Notes under the pieces: generated by a model | What the model was told of the DNA's origin: nothing | Seen by the model: the letters and a program-made list of their open reading frames with translations, nothing else | Databases searched by the model: none | Part shown: in pieces, positions 19,696 through 29,606 of the stretch | Numbering within the stretch: position 1 is the first letter of the stretch | Layout of the letters: every line of letters begins with the position of its first letter | Source of the DNA: an uncultured virus (IMG/VR IMGVR_UViG_3300030101_003361) | Taxonomy: Duplodnaviria > Heunggongvirae > Uroviricota > Caudoviricetes | IMG/VR virus record: IMGVR_UViG_3300030101_003361 | Span: 1 to 64,000 of that record | DNA length: 64,000 nt | Direction: 5' to 3' (one strand) | Translations under genes and position numbers: made by a program

Positions 19696-20267
19696 TGAAT
19701 GCAATTTACAATTATATTATATTATGTAAAAATAGATATAATAATTCTAAAAAAATAAAAGATAAAGAATTAGTTCTTAATACAGAAATAACAGAAAGAG
19801 ATTATCATTTTGTAAATAGAATAGGTAAAATTATATCATTACCTTTATTTATAGATACTCCTGCTAAGATTGGTGATGAAGTAATATTACATCACAATGT
19901 ATTTAGAAGATGGTATGATATAAGAGGTAATGAAAAAAACTCTGCTGCTTTTATAAATGAAAATGAATATATAGTATCTCCAGATGAAATCTTCGCATAT
20001 AAAAGAAATAATAAATGGTATTGTTTTGATAAATTTTGTTTTGTTAAGCCATTAAAAAGCAATTCTAAATGGAGTGTTTTAAAAGAAAAAAAATTATTAG
20101 GGAAGCTTGTGTATAGCAATAATTATTTAAAGTCATTAGGTGTGTCCTGTGGAGATATAGTGGGCTTTAAACCTAACTCTGAATATGAGTTTAATATAGA
20201 AAATAAAAAATTATATAGAATATTATCAAATTATATAACACATGTCGAGAAAACAAAGAGTAATTGA
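19695..20267 (+). CDS. tandem GroES-like (double co-chaperonin domain) protein
   Basis: N-terminus MNAIYNYIIL vs GroES MRAIGNYIIL; two copies of G.(I/L)(I/V)...GD.V pattern. Confidence 0.6.
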   Translation: MNAIYNYIILCKNRYNNSKKIKDKELVLNTEITERDYHFVNRIGKIISLPLFIDTPAKIGDEVILHHNVFRRWYDIRGNEKNSAAFINENEYIVSPDEIFAYKRNNKWYCFDKFCFVKPLKSNSKWSVLKEKKLLGKLVYSNNYLKSLGVSCGDIVGFKPNSEYEFNIENKKLYRILSNYITHVEKTKSN

Positions 20268-20484
20268 TGCTGCAGAAAAAGCTTTAATTGAACTTGAAAA
20301 AGTTATTATACAAACAATAGATTTACAAGAATTAGATCCTGAAAAAGCTAAAATAGCTGCACAAGCAAAATGGGTTGCAATAGATGATTCATTAAAAATT
20401 ATAGAAAAGATAGAAGAATTATCTGAAGATAAAAAAGAAACAAAGTCTGCTAAATTTTTAAGTGTAGAAGAAAGAATTAAATAA
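20242..20484 (+). CDS. putative terminase small subunit
   Basis: 80-aa helical protein TAATG-coupled to terL; positional inference. Confidence 0.45.
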   Translation: MSRKQRVIDAAEKALIELEKVIIQTIDLQELDPEKAKIAAQAKWVAIDDSLKIIEKIEELSEDKKETKSAKFLSVEERIK

Positions 20485-22718
20485 TGTATAAACAAAATTT
20501 ATATTCAATTTATAAAAGCCATTTAACTGATAAAAAAGTAAAGCATAAAAATAAACATAAAAAATTTAGTTACGGTTATAATGAAGATCTTGATTGCGTT
20601 GTTATAAGTAAAGATGGTACAATAGGTGATATATATGAGATACAGGGTCTAAAGGTAGCAATACCTAAAACTCCTAGTATTATAAATGGTTCTGATTTAA
20701 AAAAAGAAGATCAGGTATTTATAAGAAAAGAAAGACCTCAATCATTAAATAGAATAAAAACTATATATGATTTTAAAGCACAAAGAGAAGATACAAAAGA
20801 AAAATATTATAAATATATTGATGACGAGTTTAATCATCGTGTTGATGGCTATTGGTTCATGTGCAACGGTACCCCGTGTTACCTTACAGGATCGCACTAT
20901 GTATATCTCAACTGGACTAAGATCGACGTGGGTGCACCCGACTTTCGACATGCAAACAGGATATTTTTCTACTTTTGGGAGGCATGCAAGGCTGATTACA
21001 GATGCTATGGGATGTGCTACCTTAAGAATAGACGGTCTGGTTTCTCCTTTATGGCGTCTTCAGAAATTGTCAACATTGCAACAACAACTAAGGATTCAAG
21101 ATTTGGGATTCTTTCTAAAAGTGGAGCCGACGCTAAGAAGATGTTCACGGATAAGGTGGTCCCAATCTCAACTAATTACCCGTTCTTTTTTAAACCAATA
21201 CAGGACGGTATGGAACGTCCAAAGACGGAACTCTCGTACAAGGTACCGTCAAGGAGACTCACTCGTAATACGATCCGTGCCACAGCCACCTCCTCCGATG
21301 AGATACCAACCGGCTTGGATACCACAATTGACTGGAAGAACACAGGGGATAATTCATATGACGGGGAGAAATTACAACTCCTCATCCACGACGAATCGGG
21401 CAAATGGGAAAGGCCGGACAACATCCTCAATAACTGGAGGGTTACAAAAACGTGTCTCCGTCTCGGGTCGAAAATAGTTGGTAAATGTATGATGGGATCA
21501 ACATCTAATTCATTAGATAAAGGTGGAAGTAATTTTAAAAAACTTTATTATGACTCAGACGTTACAAAACGAAATAAGAATGGCCAGACTTCAAGTGGAT
21601 TATATGCTTTGTTCTTACCTATGGAATGGGGTTACGAAGGATTTATCAATAAGTATGGGTATCCTGTATTCGACACTCCATCAAAAACGATTGAAGGAAT
21701 TGATGGTGAACAAATACGGACGGGCGTTATCGAACACTGGGAAAATGAAGTAGAAGGTTTAAAAGGGGATGCTGATAGTTTAAACGAATATTACAGACAA
21801 TTTCCAAGGTCTGAAAAACATGCTTTTAGAGATGAAACAATAAATTCTTTATTTAATCTAACAAAAATATATGAACAAATAGATTTTAATGAAGAAATGG
21901 CTTCTAAGGGCTACGTTGTTAGAGGAACATTTTCTTGGAGTAAAGGAATAAAAGATACAGAAGTAATATGGACACCTACACAAAACGGTAGATTTTTACT
22001 TTCTTGGATTCCTAATAAAAATTTAAGAAATAATATAATAGAAAAAAATAGTGTAAGGTATCCAGGTAATGAAGGTCTTGGTGCTTTTGGGTGTGATTCA
22101 TATGATATATCAGGGACTGTAGGCGGACAAGGGTCAAATGGAGCATTACACGGGTTAACGACATTTTCTATGGTTGATGATGTACCTAATACTAAATTTT
22201 TTTTAGAATATATAGCTAGACCACAGACTGCAGAAATATTTTTTGAAGATGTATTAATGGCTTGTGTATTTTATGGTATGCCTATTCTTGCAGAAAATAA
22301 TAAACCAAGATTATTATATCATTTTAAAAGAAGAGGTTATAGAGGATTTTCAATGAATCGACCTGATAAATTAAAAGGTACTTTATCAAAAACAGAATTA
22401 GAGTTAGGTGGTATACCTAATACATCTGAAGATATAAGGCAAGCACATGCCGCCGCTATTGAATCATACATAGAAGAGCATGTGGGTAAGTTAAATGAAG
22501 ATTACGGTAATATGTATTTTCAAAAAACTTTAGAAGATTGGTCTAAGTTTGATATATCAAAAAGAACAGCTTTTGACGCTTCTATTAGTAGTGGATTAGC
22601 AATAATGGCCTGTAGAAAACATTTATACAGACCAGCACAAGAAAAAAGAAAAATAAGTATTGGCTTTGGGTTTTCTAGATATAAAAACCATGGCGCTCAA
22701 AGTGAACTAATTAAATAA
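20484..22718 (+). CDS. terL: terminase large subunit
   Basis: Deviant Walker A LKNRRSGFS, Walker B LLIHDESGK, motif C GSTSN, nuclease GCDSYD; upstream of the portal. Confidence 0.92.
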   Translation: MYKQNLYSIYKSHLTDKKVKHKNKHKKFSYGYNEDLDCVVISKDGTIGDIYEIQGLKVAIPKTPSIINGSDLKKEDQVFIRKERPQSLNRIKTIYDFKAQREDTKEKYYKYIDDEFNHRVDGYWFMCNGTPCYLTGSHYVYLNWTKIDVGAPDFRHANRIFFYFWEACKADYRCYGMCYLKNRRSGFSFMASSEIVNIATTTKDSRFGILSKSGADAKKMFTDKVVPISTNYPFFFKPIQDGMERPKTELSYKVPSRRLTRNTIRATATSSDEIPTGLDTTIDWKNTGDNSYDGEKLQLLIHDESGKWERPDNILNNWRVTKTCLRLGSKIVGKCMMGSTSNSLDKGGSNFKKLYYDSDVTKRNKNGQTSSGLYALFLPMEWGYEGFINKYGYPVFDTPSKTIEGIDGEQIRTGVIEHWENEVEGLKGDADSLNEYYRQFPRSEKHAFRDETINSLFNLTKIYEQIDFNEEMASKGYVVRGTFSWSKGIKDTEVIWTPTQNGRFLLSWIPNKNLRNNIIEKNSVRYPGNEGLGAFGCDSYDISGTVGGQGSNGALHGLTTFSMVDDVPNTKFFLEYIARPQTAEIFFEDVLMACVFYGMPILAENNKPRLLYHFKRRGYRGFSMNRPDKLKGTLSKTELELGGIPNTSEDIRQAHAAAIESYIEEHVGKLNEDYGNMYFQKTLEDWSKFDISKRTAFDASISSGLAIMACRKHLYRPAQEKRKISIGFGFSRYKNHGAQSELIK
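20767..21477 (+). CDS. candidate overprinted lipoprotein (+1 frame inside terL)
   Basis: 236 codons; basic n-region, hydrophobic h-region, IGS-C32 lipobox; coincides with a local GC rise. Confidence 0.5.
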   Translation: MILKHKEKIQKKNIINILMTSLIIVLMAIGSCATVPRVTLQDRTMYISTGLRSTWVHPTFDMQTGYFSTFGRHARLITDAMGCATLRIDGLVSPLWRLQKLSTLQQQLRIQDLGFFLKVEPTLRRCSRIRWSQSQLITRSFLNQYRTVWNVQRRNSRTRYRQGDSLVIRSVPQPPPPMRYQPAWIPQLTGRTQGIIHMTGRNYNSSSTTNRANGKGRTTSSITGGLQKRVSVSGRK

Positions 22719-22720
22719 AT

Positions 22721-25096
22721 ATGGCAAAACACAAGTCAACAGGATATGACTTTCCTAGTCAGGCAGTGCCGGACGCAGAGAAAAAATCTATGCAATATGG
22801 AGATAAAGTTGCAAAAGCTATAGAACAAGAATGGTTTAATAGAGGCAATGGCTCCGAGGGAAGATATTATTCAACAAGAGATGAGTTTCATCGGTTAAGA
22901 TTATATGCTAGAGGTGATCAATCAATTAGAAAATATAAAGATGAATTTGCTATAAATGGTGATTTATCTTATTTAAATCTTGATTGGAAGCCAGTACCTA
23001 TTATACCTAAATTTATAGATCTTGTTGTAAACGGAATGCAAGATAGATTATATTCTATTAGAGCTATTGGTGAAGATCAGTTATCAACTGATAGAAGAAC
23101 TGAATATGTTCAAGGTATACAACAAGATATGAAAAATGCTGCTTTGTTAGATGCTATTGAAAATCAATTAGGCGTTAATCAAAGAAATATTGAAAAACAA
23201 AAATTACCTGCAACAGAAGAAGAATTAAATTTATATATGCAATTAAATTACAAACAAAGTATTGAAATTGCAGAAGAACAAGCTATTCAAAACATATTAG
23301 ATAGAAATTATTATGATGATTTAAAATCTAGATTTGATTATGATTTAGCTGTTTTAGGTATTGGAGCTGTAAAACATTCTTTTAATAATACAGATGGTAT
23401 AAAATTAGATTATGTTGATCCAGCTAATTTAGTGTGGTCATATTCAGAAGATCCTTATTTTAAAGATTGTTATTATTTTGGAGAGGTTAAAACTATAAAA
23501 ATAAATCAACTTAAAAAAGAATTTCCTGATTTATCTGATGAAGATATAGAAGATATAACAAAAAAGAGTGGTAGTTGGTCAACTTATAATATGAACTACT
23601 CTAACCAAAATGAATATAAGGATAATAATGTTGCAAATGTATTATATTTTAATTGGAAAACATGGGGTAATAATGTTTATAAAATAAAAGAAATTTCTTC
23701 TGGTGCTGAAAAAGCAATTAAAAAAGATGATTCATTTGATCCACCAAAAGATAAAAGAACTAGATTTAAAAGAGTAGCACAAGCACAAGAAGTTTTATAT
23801 GAAGGTGTATATTTATTAGGAGCTTCTAAATTATTAAAATGGCAAAAAGCTACTAATATGATTCGTCCTAATTCTAATACAAATAAAGTATTAATGAATT
23901 ATGTTGTTGCTGCTCCTAGAATGTATAAAGGCAAAATAGATTCATTAGTTTCTAAAATGACACCTTACGCTGATTTAATACAGCTTACACATTTAAAATT
24001 ACAACAATCAATACAAAAATTAACACCTTCAGGAGTTTATGTGGATGCTGATGGCCTTGCTGAAATAGATTTAGGTAATGGAACAAGTTATAATCCACAA
24101 GAAGCTTTAAATATGTACTTTCAAACAGGTTCTATTATTGGTAGATCTTTAACCGTTGAAGGTGATCCAAATCCAGGTAAAATACCTATTCAAGAATTAC
24201 CAGGAGGTGGTGGTAATCAAATACAACTTCTAATAGGTGCATACAATCAATATTTACAAATGATGCGTGATATAACTGGATTAAATGAAGCAAGAGATGC
24301 TGCTGATCCAGATCCTAAAGCGTTAGTTGGTGTACAAAAATTAGCAGCGGCTAATAGTAATGTTGCTACAAGACATATATTAGATTCAAGTATATTTATT
24401 ACTAAAACTTTAGCTGAATGTATTGCTTTAAGATTTAAAGATGTGTTAGCATATCATCCTCAAAGAGATGCGTTTGTTTCTGCTATAGGTCATTATTCTG
24501 TAGGAGCATTACAAGAAATGAATAGCTTGCACTTACATGATTTTGGTATCATATTAGATTTAGAGCCTGACGAATTAGAAAAAGAAAAATTAGAAGCTAA
24601 TATTCAAATGGCTCTTTCACAACAAAGTATATATTTAGAAGATGCTATAGATATTAGACAAGTACGTAATATTAAACTTGCTAATCAATTATTAAAGTTT
24701 AGACGTATTAAAAAACAACAAGCTGATCAAGCACAAGCACAATCAGCATCTGTTGCACAAGCTGAAGCACAAGGCCAAGCTCAAATACAAATTGAACAAG
24801 CAAAAGCTCAAGCAGCTCAAGTTGCAGCTGAATCTACAATACAAATAGAAAATTCAAAAAATGAATTAAATATTAAAAAATTAGAAATTGAAGCAAAAAC
24901 TAAAAAAGAATTAATGCAGTTTGAATTTGATCTTAATGTACAATTAAAAGAAATGGAAATTCAAGCGCAAAGAGAAATGGCAGATAAAAAAGATATATCA
25001 GGACCTCCTAAAATTAATAAACCTAAAAAATCTTTTGAATCTAAAGGCAATGATGTACTAGGAGGTATTGAATTATCAAGGTTTGAACCAAGATAA
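22721..25096 (+). CDS. portal protein
   Basis: 791 aa after terL; PIIPKF.D.V.NG, GLNEARD and Q/A-rich C-terminal coiled coil. Confidence 0.88.
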   Translation: MAKHKSTGYDFPSQAVPDAEKKSMQYGDKVAKAIEQEWFNRGNGSEGRYYSTRDEFHRLRLYARGDQSIRKYKDEFAINGDLSYLNLDWKPVPIIPKFIDLVVNGMQDRLYSIRAIGEDQLSTDRRTEYVQGIQQDMKNAALLDAIENQLGVNQRNIEKQKLPATEEELNLYMQLNYKQSIEIAEEQAIQNILDRNYYDDLKSRFDYDLAVLGIGAVKHSFNNTDGIKLDYVDPANLVWSYSEDPYFKDCYYFGEVKTIKINQLKKEFPDLSDEDIEDITKKSGSWSTYNMNYSNQNEYKDNNVANVLYFNWKTWGNNVYKIKEISSGAEKAIKKDDSFDPPKDKRTRFKRVAQAQEVLYEGVYLLGASKLLKWQKATNMIRPNSNTNKVLMNYVVAAPRMYKGKIDSLVSKMTPYADLIQLTHLKLQQSIQKLTPSGVYVDADGLAEIDLGNGTSYNPQEALNMYFQTGSIIGRSLTVEGDPNPGKIPIQELPGGGGNQIQLLIGAYNQYLQMMRDITGLNEARDAADPDPKALVGVQKLAAANSNVATRHILDSSIFITKTLAECIALRFKDVLAYHPQRDAFVSAIGHYSVGALQEMNSLHLHDFGIILDLEPDELEKEKLEANIQMALSQQSIYLEDAIDIRQVRNIKLANQLLKFRRIKKQQADQAQAQSASVAQAEAQGQAQIQIEQAKAQAAQVAAESTIQIENSKNELNIKKLEIEAKTKKELMQFEFDLNVQLKEMEIQAQREMADKKDISGPPKINKPKKSFESKGNDVLGGIELSRFEPR

Positions 25097-25122
25097 ATTA
25101 TTAAATTATTTTATTAAATATT

Positions 25123-26412
25123 ATGAAAGAAGAACAAGTAACAGTTAAAGCGGTTGAAGATACAAAAGAAACTTCTCCGCAAGAAAAAGAAGCAGCTGTA
25201 TTAGATGCAGCTATAAAAGAAGGAGATGTAAATCCTGAATATGGACTTCAAGAAGATGGAGTTTATAAAGTTAATTTAGATAAACCACCTAAACAAAAAG
25301 AAGATGCCGTTCAAAAGCAAAGCACAAATGAGGTATCTGTACGCGACGGATCCGAAGCTAGCAAAGAAGTTCAAGAAGAAAACAAAGAAGAGCCTAAAGA
25401 AGTTACCGGAGAAAATAAACAAGAAGAAAAAAATAAAGGTAACGAAGAAGAACAAGGGCAAGAAATAGAATCACCTATAGAACTTGTTACAGATGAAAAA
25501 GATAGTACTGACGAGACAGGAGTGGATACAGGCGCTGAAGATGCCGACACCCCAGAAGAACAAGAAGAAGTATTACAGGAAAATAAAACACAAGAATTAC
25601 CAGAAAACATTCAAAAATTAGTACAATTTATGGATGAAACCGGAGGTTCCTTAGAAGATTATGTTAATTTAAATAAAGATTATTCTTCTATGGATGCAAC
25701 CTCTATGGTCTATGAATATTATAGATCTACAAAACCTCATTTAAATAATGAGGATTTATCGTTCCTTATGCAAAAAGAATTTAATTATTCTGAGGATGAG
25801 GACGAACCTCAAGATATTAAAGCTAAGCAATTAGCTTTTAAAGAAGAATTATATAAAGCTCAAAAGCATTTTTCAGATTCTAAGCAAAAATACTATGCTG
25901 ATCTTAAGTTAAGAAAGCAAGAATTGCCTGAAGAATATAAAAAAGCTTATGACTTTTATAATGAAAGCAAAAAGATTGAAGAATTAACTGAAAAAAATAA
26001 AAAAAGTTTTATATCTAAAACAAATAAGCTTTTTGATGACGAGTTCAAAGGTTTTGATTTCAAAGTCGGGGATAAAAAATATAGATATAAAGTTGAGAAT
26101 AAACAAAAAATTAAAGATACTCAGTCTGATTTAACAAATGTAATAGGACAATATTTAGATAAAAATGGAGATATGAGAAACCCTTTAGGTTATCATAGAG
26201 CTTTATTTGCAGCACAAAATGTTGACAAAATAGCAAATCATTTTTATGAGCAAGGCCGTGCCGATGCTTTACAACAATCCATTAAAGAATCTAAAAATAT
26301 TGATATGTCACCAAGAGCAGATGCTTCTGCAACAGGTAATATATCAAATAATCCTGTTAGAGTTGTTCCATCAAATTCTTCAAATAAATTGCGCATAAAA
26401 TGGAATAAATAA
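25123..26412 (+). CDS. scaffolding-like protein
   Basis: Highly acidic N-half; located between portal and capsid genes. Confidence 0.7.
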   Translation: MKEEQVTVKAVEDTKETSPQEKEAAVLDAAIKEGDVNPEYGLQEDGVYKVNLDKPPKQKEDAVQKQSTNEVSVRDGSEASKEVQEENKEEPKEVTGENKQEEKNKGNEEEQGQEIESPIELVTDEKDSTDETGVDTGAEDADTPEEQEEVLQENKTQELPENIQKLVQFMDETGGSLEDYVNLNKDYSSMDATSMVYEYYRSTKPHLNNEDLSFLMQKEFNYSEDEDEPQDIKAKQLAFKEELYKAQKHFSDSKQKYYADLKLRKQELPEEYKKAYDFYNESKKIEELTEKNKKSFISKTNKLFDDEFKGFDFKVGDKKYRYKVENKQKIKDTQSDLTNVIGQYLDKNGDMRNPLGYHRALFAAQNVDKIANHFYEQGRADALQQSIKESKNIDMSPRADASATGNISNNPVRVVPSNSSNKLRIKWNK

Positions 26413-26429
26413 CTTTAAATTTTTAAAAA

Positions 26430-27965
26430 ATGGCTTTTACAAGTGGAATTCCTGCGGCTTTACAACCGACTCAAACAAAAGCATTATATGCAGGAAATTA
26501 TATTGATTTTACTGACAGCTCATTTAATATGTGGGCTCAACAGTTTTTACCAGATGTATACGAGCAAGAAGTTGAAAGATATGGAAACAGATCTATCGGT
26601 TCTTTCTTACGTATGGTATCTGCGGAAATGCCATCTACTTCAGACCAAATTATTTGGACTGAGCAAGGTAGATTGCATACAAGATATGCGAATATCGTTT
26701 ACTTAAGTAACTCTGGCACAATGCCAACATCAGGTACAACTCCTGGTACTGCATCTGCTGCCACTACAGGCGGTAACGTTGGAAACTTTTTTGTTCCAAC
26801 AGCACAGCCAACTAGTTTAGGTGTTACTACTCAAGGTACAACAGCTGTTAACTTTAAGAAAGGTCAAACAGTTATGATTCAAGCTCAAACAAGTGCTACC
26901 TCTGCAATTGGTGGTACAGGTGCTGTAATAAAAGGTGTAGTTACTAATGTTAGTGGACAATACTTCCAAATTAAATCTTATGGAGGTGTTCCTGCAATCA
27001 CAAATGCACAAAGATTTACCGCACTTGCTTATGGCTCTGAATTTGCAAAAGGATCTGGAAACTTTAGTGAAAAACTAGATCCTAGTTATGCAACATTTAC
27101 CAACAGTCCTGTAATTTTAAAAGAACATTATTCTATTAATGGTTCTGATACTGCACAGATTGGCTGGATTGAAGTTACTTCTGAAAATGGAGCTAGTGGA
27201 TATTTATGGTATTTAAAATCAGAACATGAAAATAGATTAAGATTTGAAGATTATCTTGAAATGTCAATGGTTGAAGGTGTCAAACAATTAAACACTGGAG
27301 CTACTTTAAATTTTTATGATTCTGCACTTACGGCTACTGCTAAAGGTACTGAAGGTTTCTTTGAAGCTATTGAAGCAAGAGGAAATGTATATTCAGGATT
27401 TGGAGCACAAGCTGGTGGTGGTGGAGGTGCGTTAACTGATTTTGACGCAGTTCTAGTACAATTAGATAAGCAAGGAGCTATTGAAGAAAACATGCTTTTC
27501 TTAGATAGAAACTTATCTTTAGAAATTGATGACATTCTTGCTCAGCAAAATGGCGGATATTCTGGAGGTACTTCTTTTGGAGTGTTTAACAATAGTGAAG
27601 ATATGGCACTAAACTTAGGTTTTACAGGTTATAGAAGAGGTTCTTATGACTTCTACAAAACAGACTGGAAATACTTAAATGACTTCTCTACAAGAGGAGG
27701 TTTTGGTGACATCGAAGGTGTATTAGTACCTGCTGGTACTTCTACAGTTTACGATCAAGTCCTTGGTCAAAACATCAAGAGACCATTCTTACACATCAGA
27801 TATAGAGCTTCTGAGACTGAAAATAGAAAAATGAAGTCTTGGGTTACAGGTTCTGTTGGTGGACCATCTAGTTCTCCAATTGATGAAATGAGAATGCACT
27901 ATTTATCTGAAAGATGCTTAATCGTTCAGGGTGCAAATAATTTCGTATTATTTAAAGACGCTTAA
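26430..27965 (+). CDS. major capsid protein
   Basis: 511 aa, QQFLPD.YE.E.ERYGNR and W.EQGRLH motifs; position; followed by a strong hairpin. Confidence 0.85.
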   Translation: MAFTSGIPAALQPTQTKALYAGNYIDFTDSSFNMWAQQFLPDVYEQEVERYGNRSIGSFLRMVSAEMPSTSDQIIWTEQGRLHTRYANIVYLSNSGTMPTSGTTPGTASAATTGGNVGNFFVPTAQPTSLGVTTQGTTAVNFKKGQTVMIQAQTSATSAIGGTGAVIKGVVTNVSGQYFQIKSYGGVPAITNAQRFTALAYGSEFAKGSGNFSEKLDPSYATFTNSPVILKEHYSINGSDTAQIGWIEVTSENGASGYLWYLKSEHENRLRFEDYLEMSMVEGVKQLNTGATLNFYDSALTATAKGTEGFFEAIEARGNVYSGFGAQAGGGGGALTDFDAVLVQLDKQGAIEENMLFLDRNLSLEIDDILAQQNGGYSGGTSFGVFNNSEDMALNLGFTGYRRGSYDFYKTDWKYLNDFSTRGGFGDIEGVLVPAGTSTVYDQVLGQNIKRPFLHIRYRASETENRKMKSWVTGSVGGPSSSPIDEMRMHYLSERCLIVQGANNFVLFKDA

Positions 27966-27979
27966 TATTTATATAAGTT

Positions 27980-28012
27980 TTACCCCCGTGTTTTATCGGG
28001 GGTAATTCTTAT
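27980..28012 (+). terminator. intrinsic terminator after the capsid gene
   Basis: TTACCCCCG-8 nt-CGGGGGTAA stem, then TTCTTAT. Confidence 0.75.
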
Positions 28013-28035
28013 TAATACTTATATTATATTATATT

Positions 28036-28803
28036 ATGGAAACAAAAACTAAAGCGCCAAAAATTGAAAAAAATTGGCAGATAAAAGATAGAACATATAT
28101 GCTAACTGGAGGTAAAGCACCTCTTAGTTGGACAATACAATCTAAACATACCGCTAGAAAACCTTTATTATGGTTTGATGAAGAATTAGGTGAACAAAGA
28201 GAAATAAGATATGCAAGCAACCAAAAATCATTATTTGTAGATGAACAAAAAGGTAATGCAACTCTAGCACACGTAGTTTTTTTAGATGGTATTTTAGAAG
28301 TTCCTAAACATCAACAATCTTTACAAAAGCTTTTATCTTTATATCACCCTAAATCAGGTGAAATATGGTCTGAAATTGATGAAGAAGCTGAAGCTATGGA
28401 TGAAGTTGATAATATTGAATTTGAGCTAGAAGCTTTAAATTTAGTTAAAAGTTTAGATATAGAACATCTAGAAGCAGTAATGAGAACAGAATTAGGATCT
28501 GCTGTAGCAAACATGAGTACAAAAGAATTAAAAAGAGATGCTTATTTGTTTGCTAGAAAAGACCCTGAACTATTCTTAGAAGTTTCTAAAGATGAAGATA
28601 TTAAATTACGTAATTTAGCAAATAGAGCTGTTGAGCGCGGCATTATAGAATTAACAGATGATAATACTATATTTAGATTTGCTAATGGTAAAAAAATAAT
28701 GCAAGTACCATTTGATCAAAATCCTTATGGTGCATTAGCACAATATTTTAAAACCGATCCAGGCGTTGATTTAATGAAATCTATTACGAAAAAATTATCG
28801 TAA
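28036..28803 (+). CDS. hypothetical protein following the capsid gene
   Basis: 255-aa ORF. Confidence 0.75.
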   Translation: METKTKAPKIEKNWQIKDRTYMLTGGKAPLSWTIQSKHTARKPLLWFDEELGEQREIRYASNQKSLFVDEQKGNATLAHVVFLDGILEVPKHQQSLQKLLSLYHPKSGEIWSEIDEEAEAMDEVDNIEFELEALNLVKSLDIEHLEAVMRTELGSAVANMSTKELKRDAYLFARKDPELFLEVSKDEDIKLRNLANRAVERGIIELTDDNTIFRFANGKKIMQVPFDQNPYGALAQYFKTDPGVDLMKSITKKLS

Positions 28804-28809
28804 TGCAAA

Positions 28810-28840
28810 TGATATAGGGCGAGAAATCAGCCCTATATCA
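28810..28840 (+). other. 11-bp intergenic hairpin
   Basis: TGATATAGGGC-9 nt-GCCCTATATCA with no U-tract; more likely a stability or processing element than a terminator. Confidence 0.6.
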
Positions 28841-28859
28841 ACTAATTAAAATAATATAA

Positions 28860-29606
28860 ATGGCTGTAAATATAAACAATGTATACCAAACAGTTCTTGT
28901 TATAATAAATAAAGATAACAGAGGATATATAACACCTGAAGAATTTAACAGATTAGCTGCACTTGCACAAAATGAAATATTTGAAAGTTACTTTAATAAA
29001 CAAGTTGCTTATGAAAGTCAAATTGAAATAAAAACAGATTTTTCAGATCCAGTATTAACAAATTCTGAAAAAATAAATGTATTTTATGCTAATGCAACTC
29101 TTTCACAATCAGGAACTACATTTACTTTTCCAACTGATTTTTATAAATTAGGTGTTGTAAACGTTGATGATGTTGTAGCAGATTTACTTTCACATGAAGA
29201 TTTAAAATATATAAATTTATCTCCTTTAACTGCTCCTGTAAAAACACAGCCTGTATATACATTAGTAGAAGGTGGCGTAAGATTATATCCCTCTTCAATT
29301 ACATCAGGGGTAACTATAGATTATCTTAAAAAACCTTTAAATCCTAAATGGGGTTATGCAATGCCTACAGCTTCTCAAATAGCAAGCGGCGTTCCAAATG
29401 AACCTATATATGATAGCACAGTTTTTAATCCTGCTACTGATGATTATAATGCTATAGCTAAATCTTATGATTTTAGATTACATTCTTCTGAAGAAAATAA
29501 TTTAATAATTAAAATACTTTCTTATGCGGGTGTTGTAATAAAACAAGCTGATATAGCAGGTTTTGCACAAGGAAAAGATCAACAATTACAAGCAACTGAA
29601 CAATAA
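28860..29606 (+). CDS. tail ring / tubular protein
   Basis: NK..RGYITP.EFN..A..AQ motif; crAss-like position. Confidence 0.65.
   Translation: MAVNINNVYQTVLVIINKDNRGYITPEEFNRLAALAQNEIFESYFNKQVAYESQIEIKTDFSDPVLTNSEKINVFYANATLSQSGTTFTFPTDFYKLGVVNVDDVVADLLSHEDLKYINLSPLTAPVKTQPVYTLVEGGVRLYPSSITSGVTIDYLKKPLNPKWGYAMPTASQIASGVPNEPIYDSTVFNPATDDYNAIAKSYDFRLHSSEENNLIIKILSYAGVVIKQADIAGFAQGKDQQLQATEQ

Noticed and set aside
21523..21753. Continuation of the overprinted terL ORF by readthrough
   Set aside because: Same frame, but separated by at least two stops (TAG 21475, TGA 21490).
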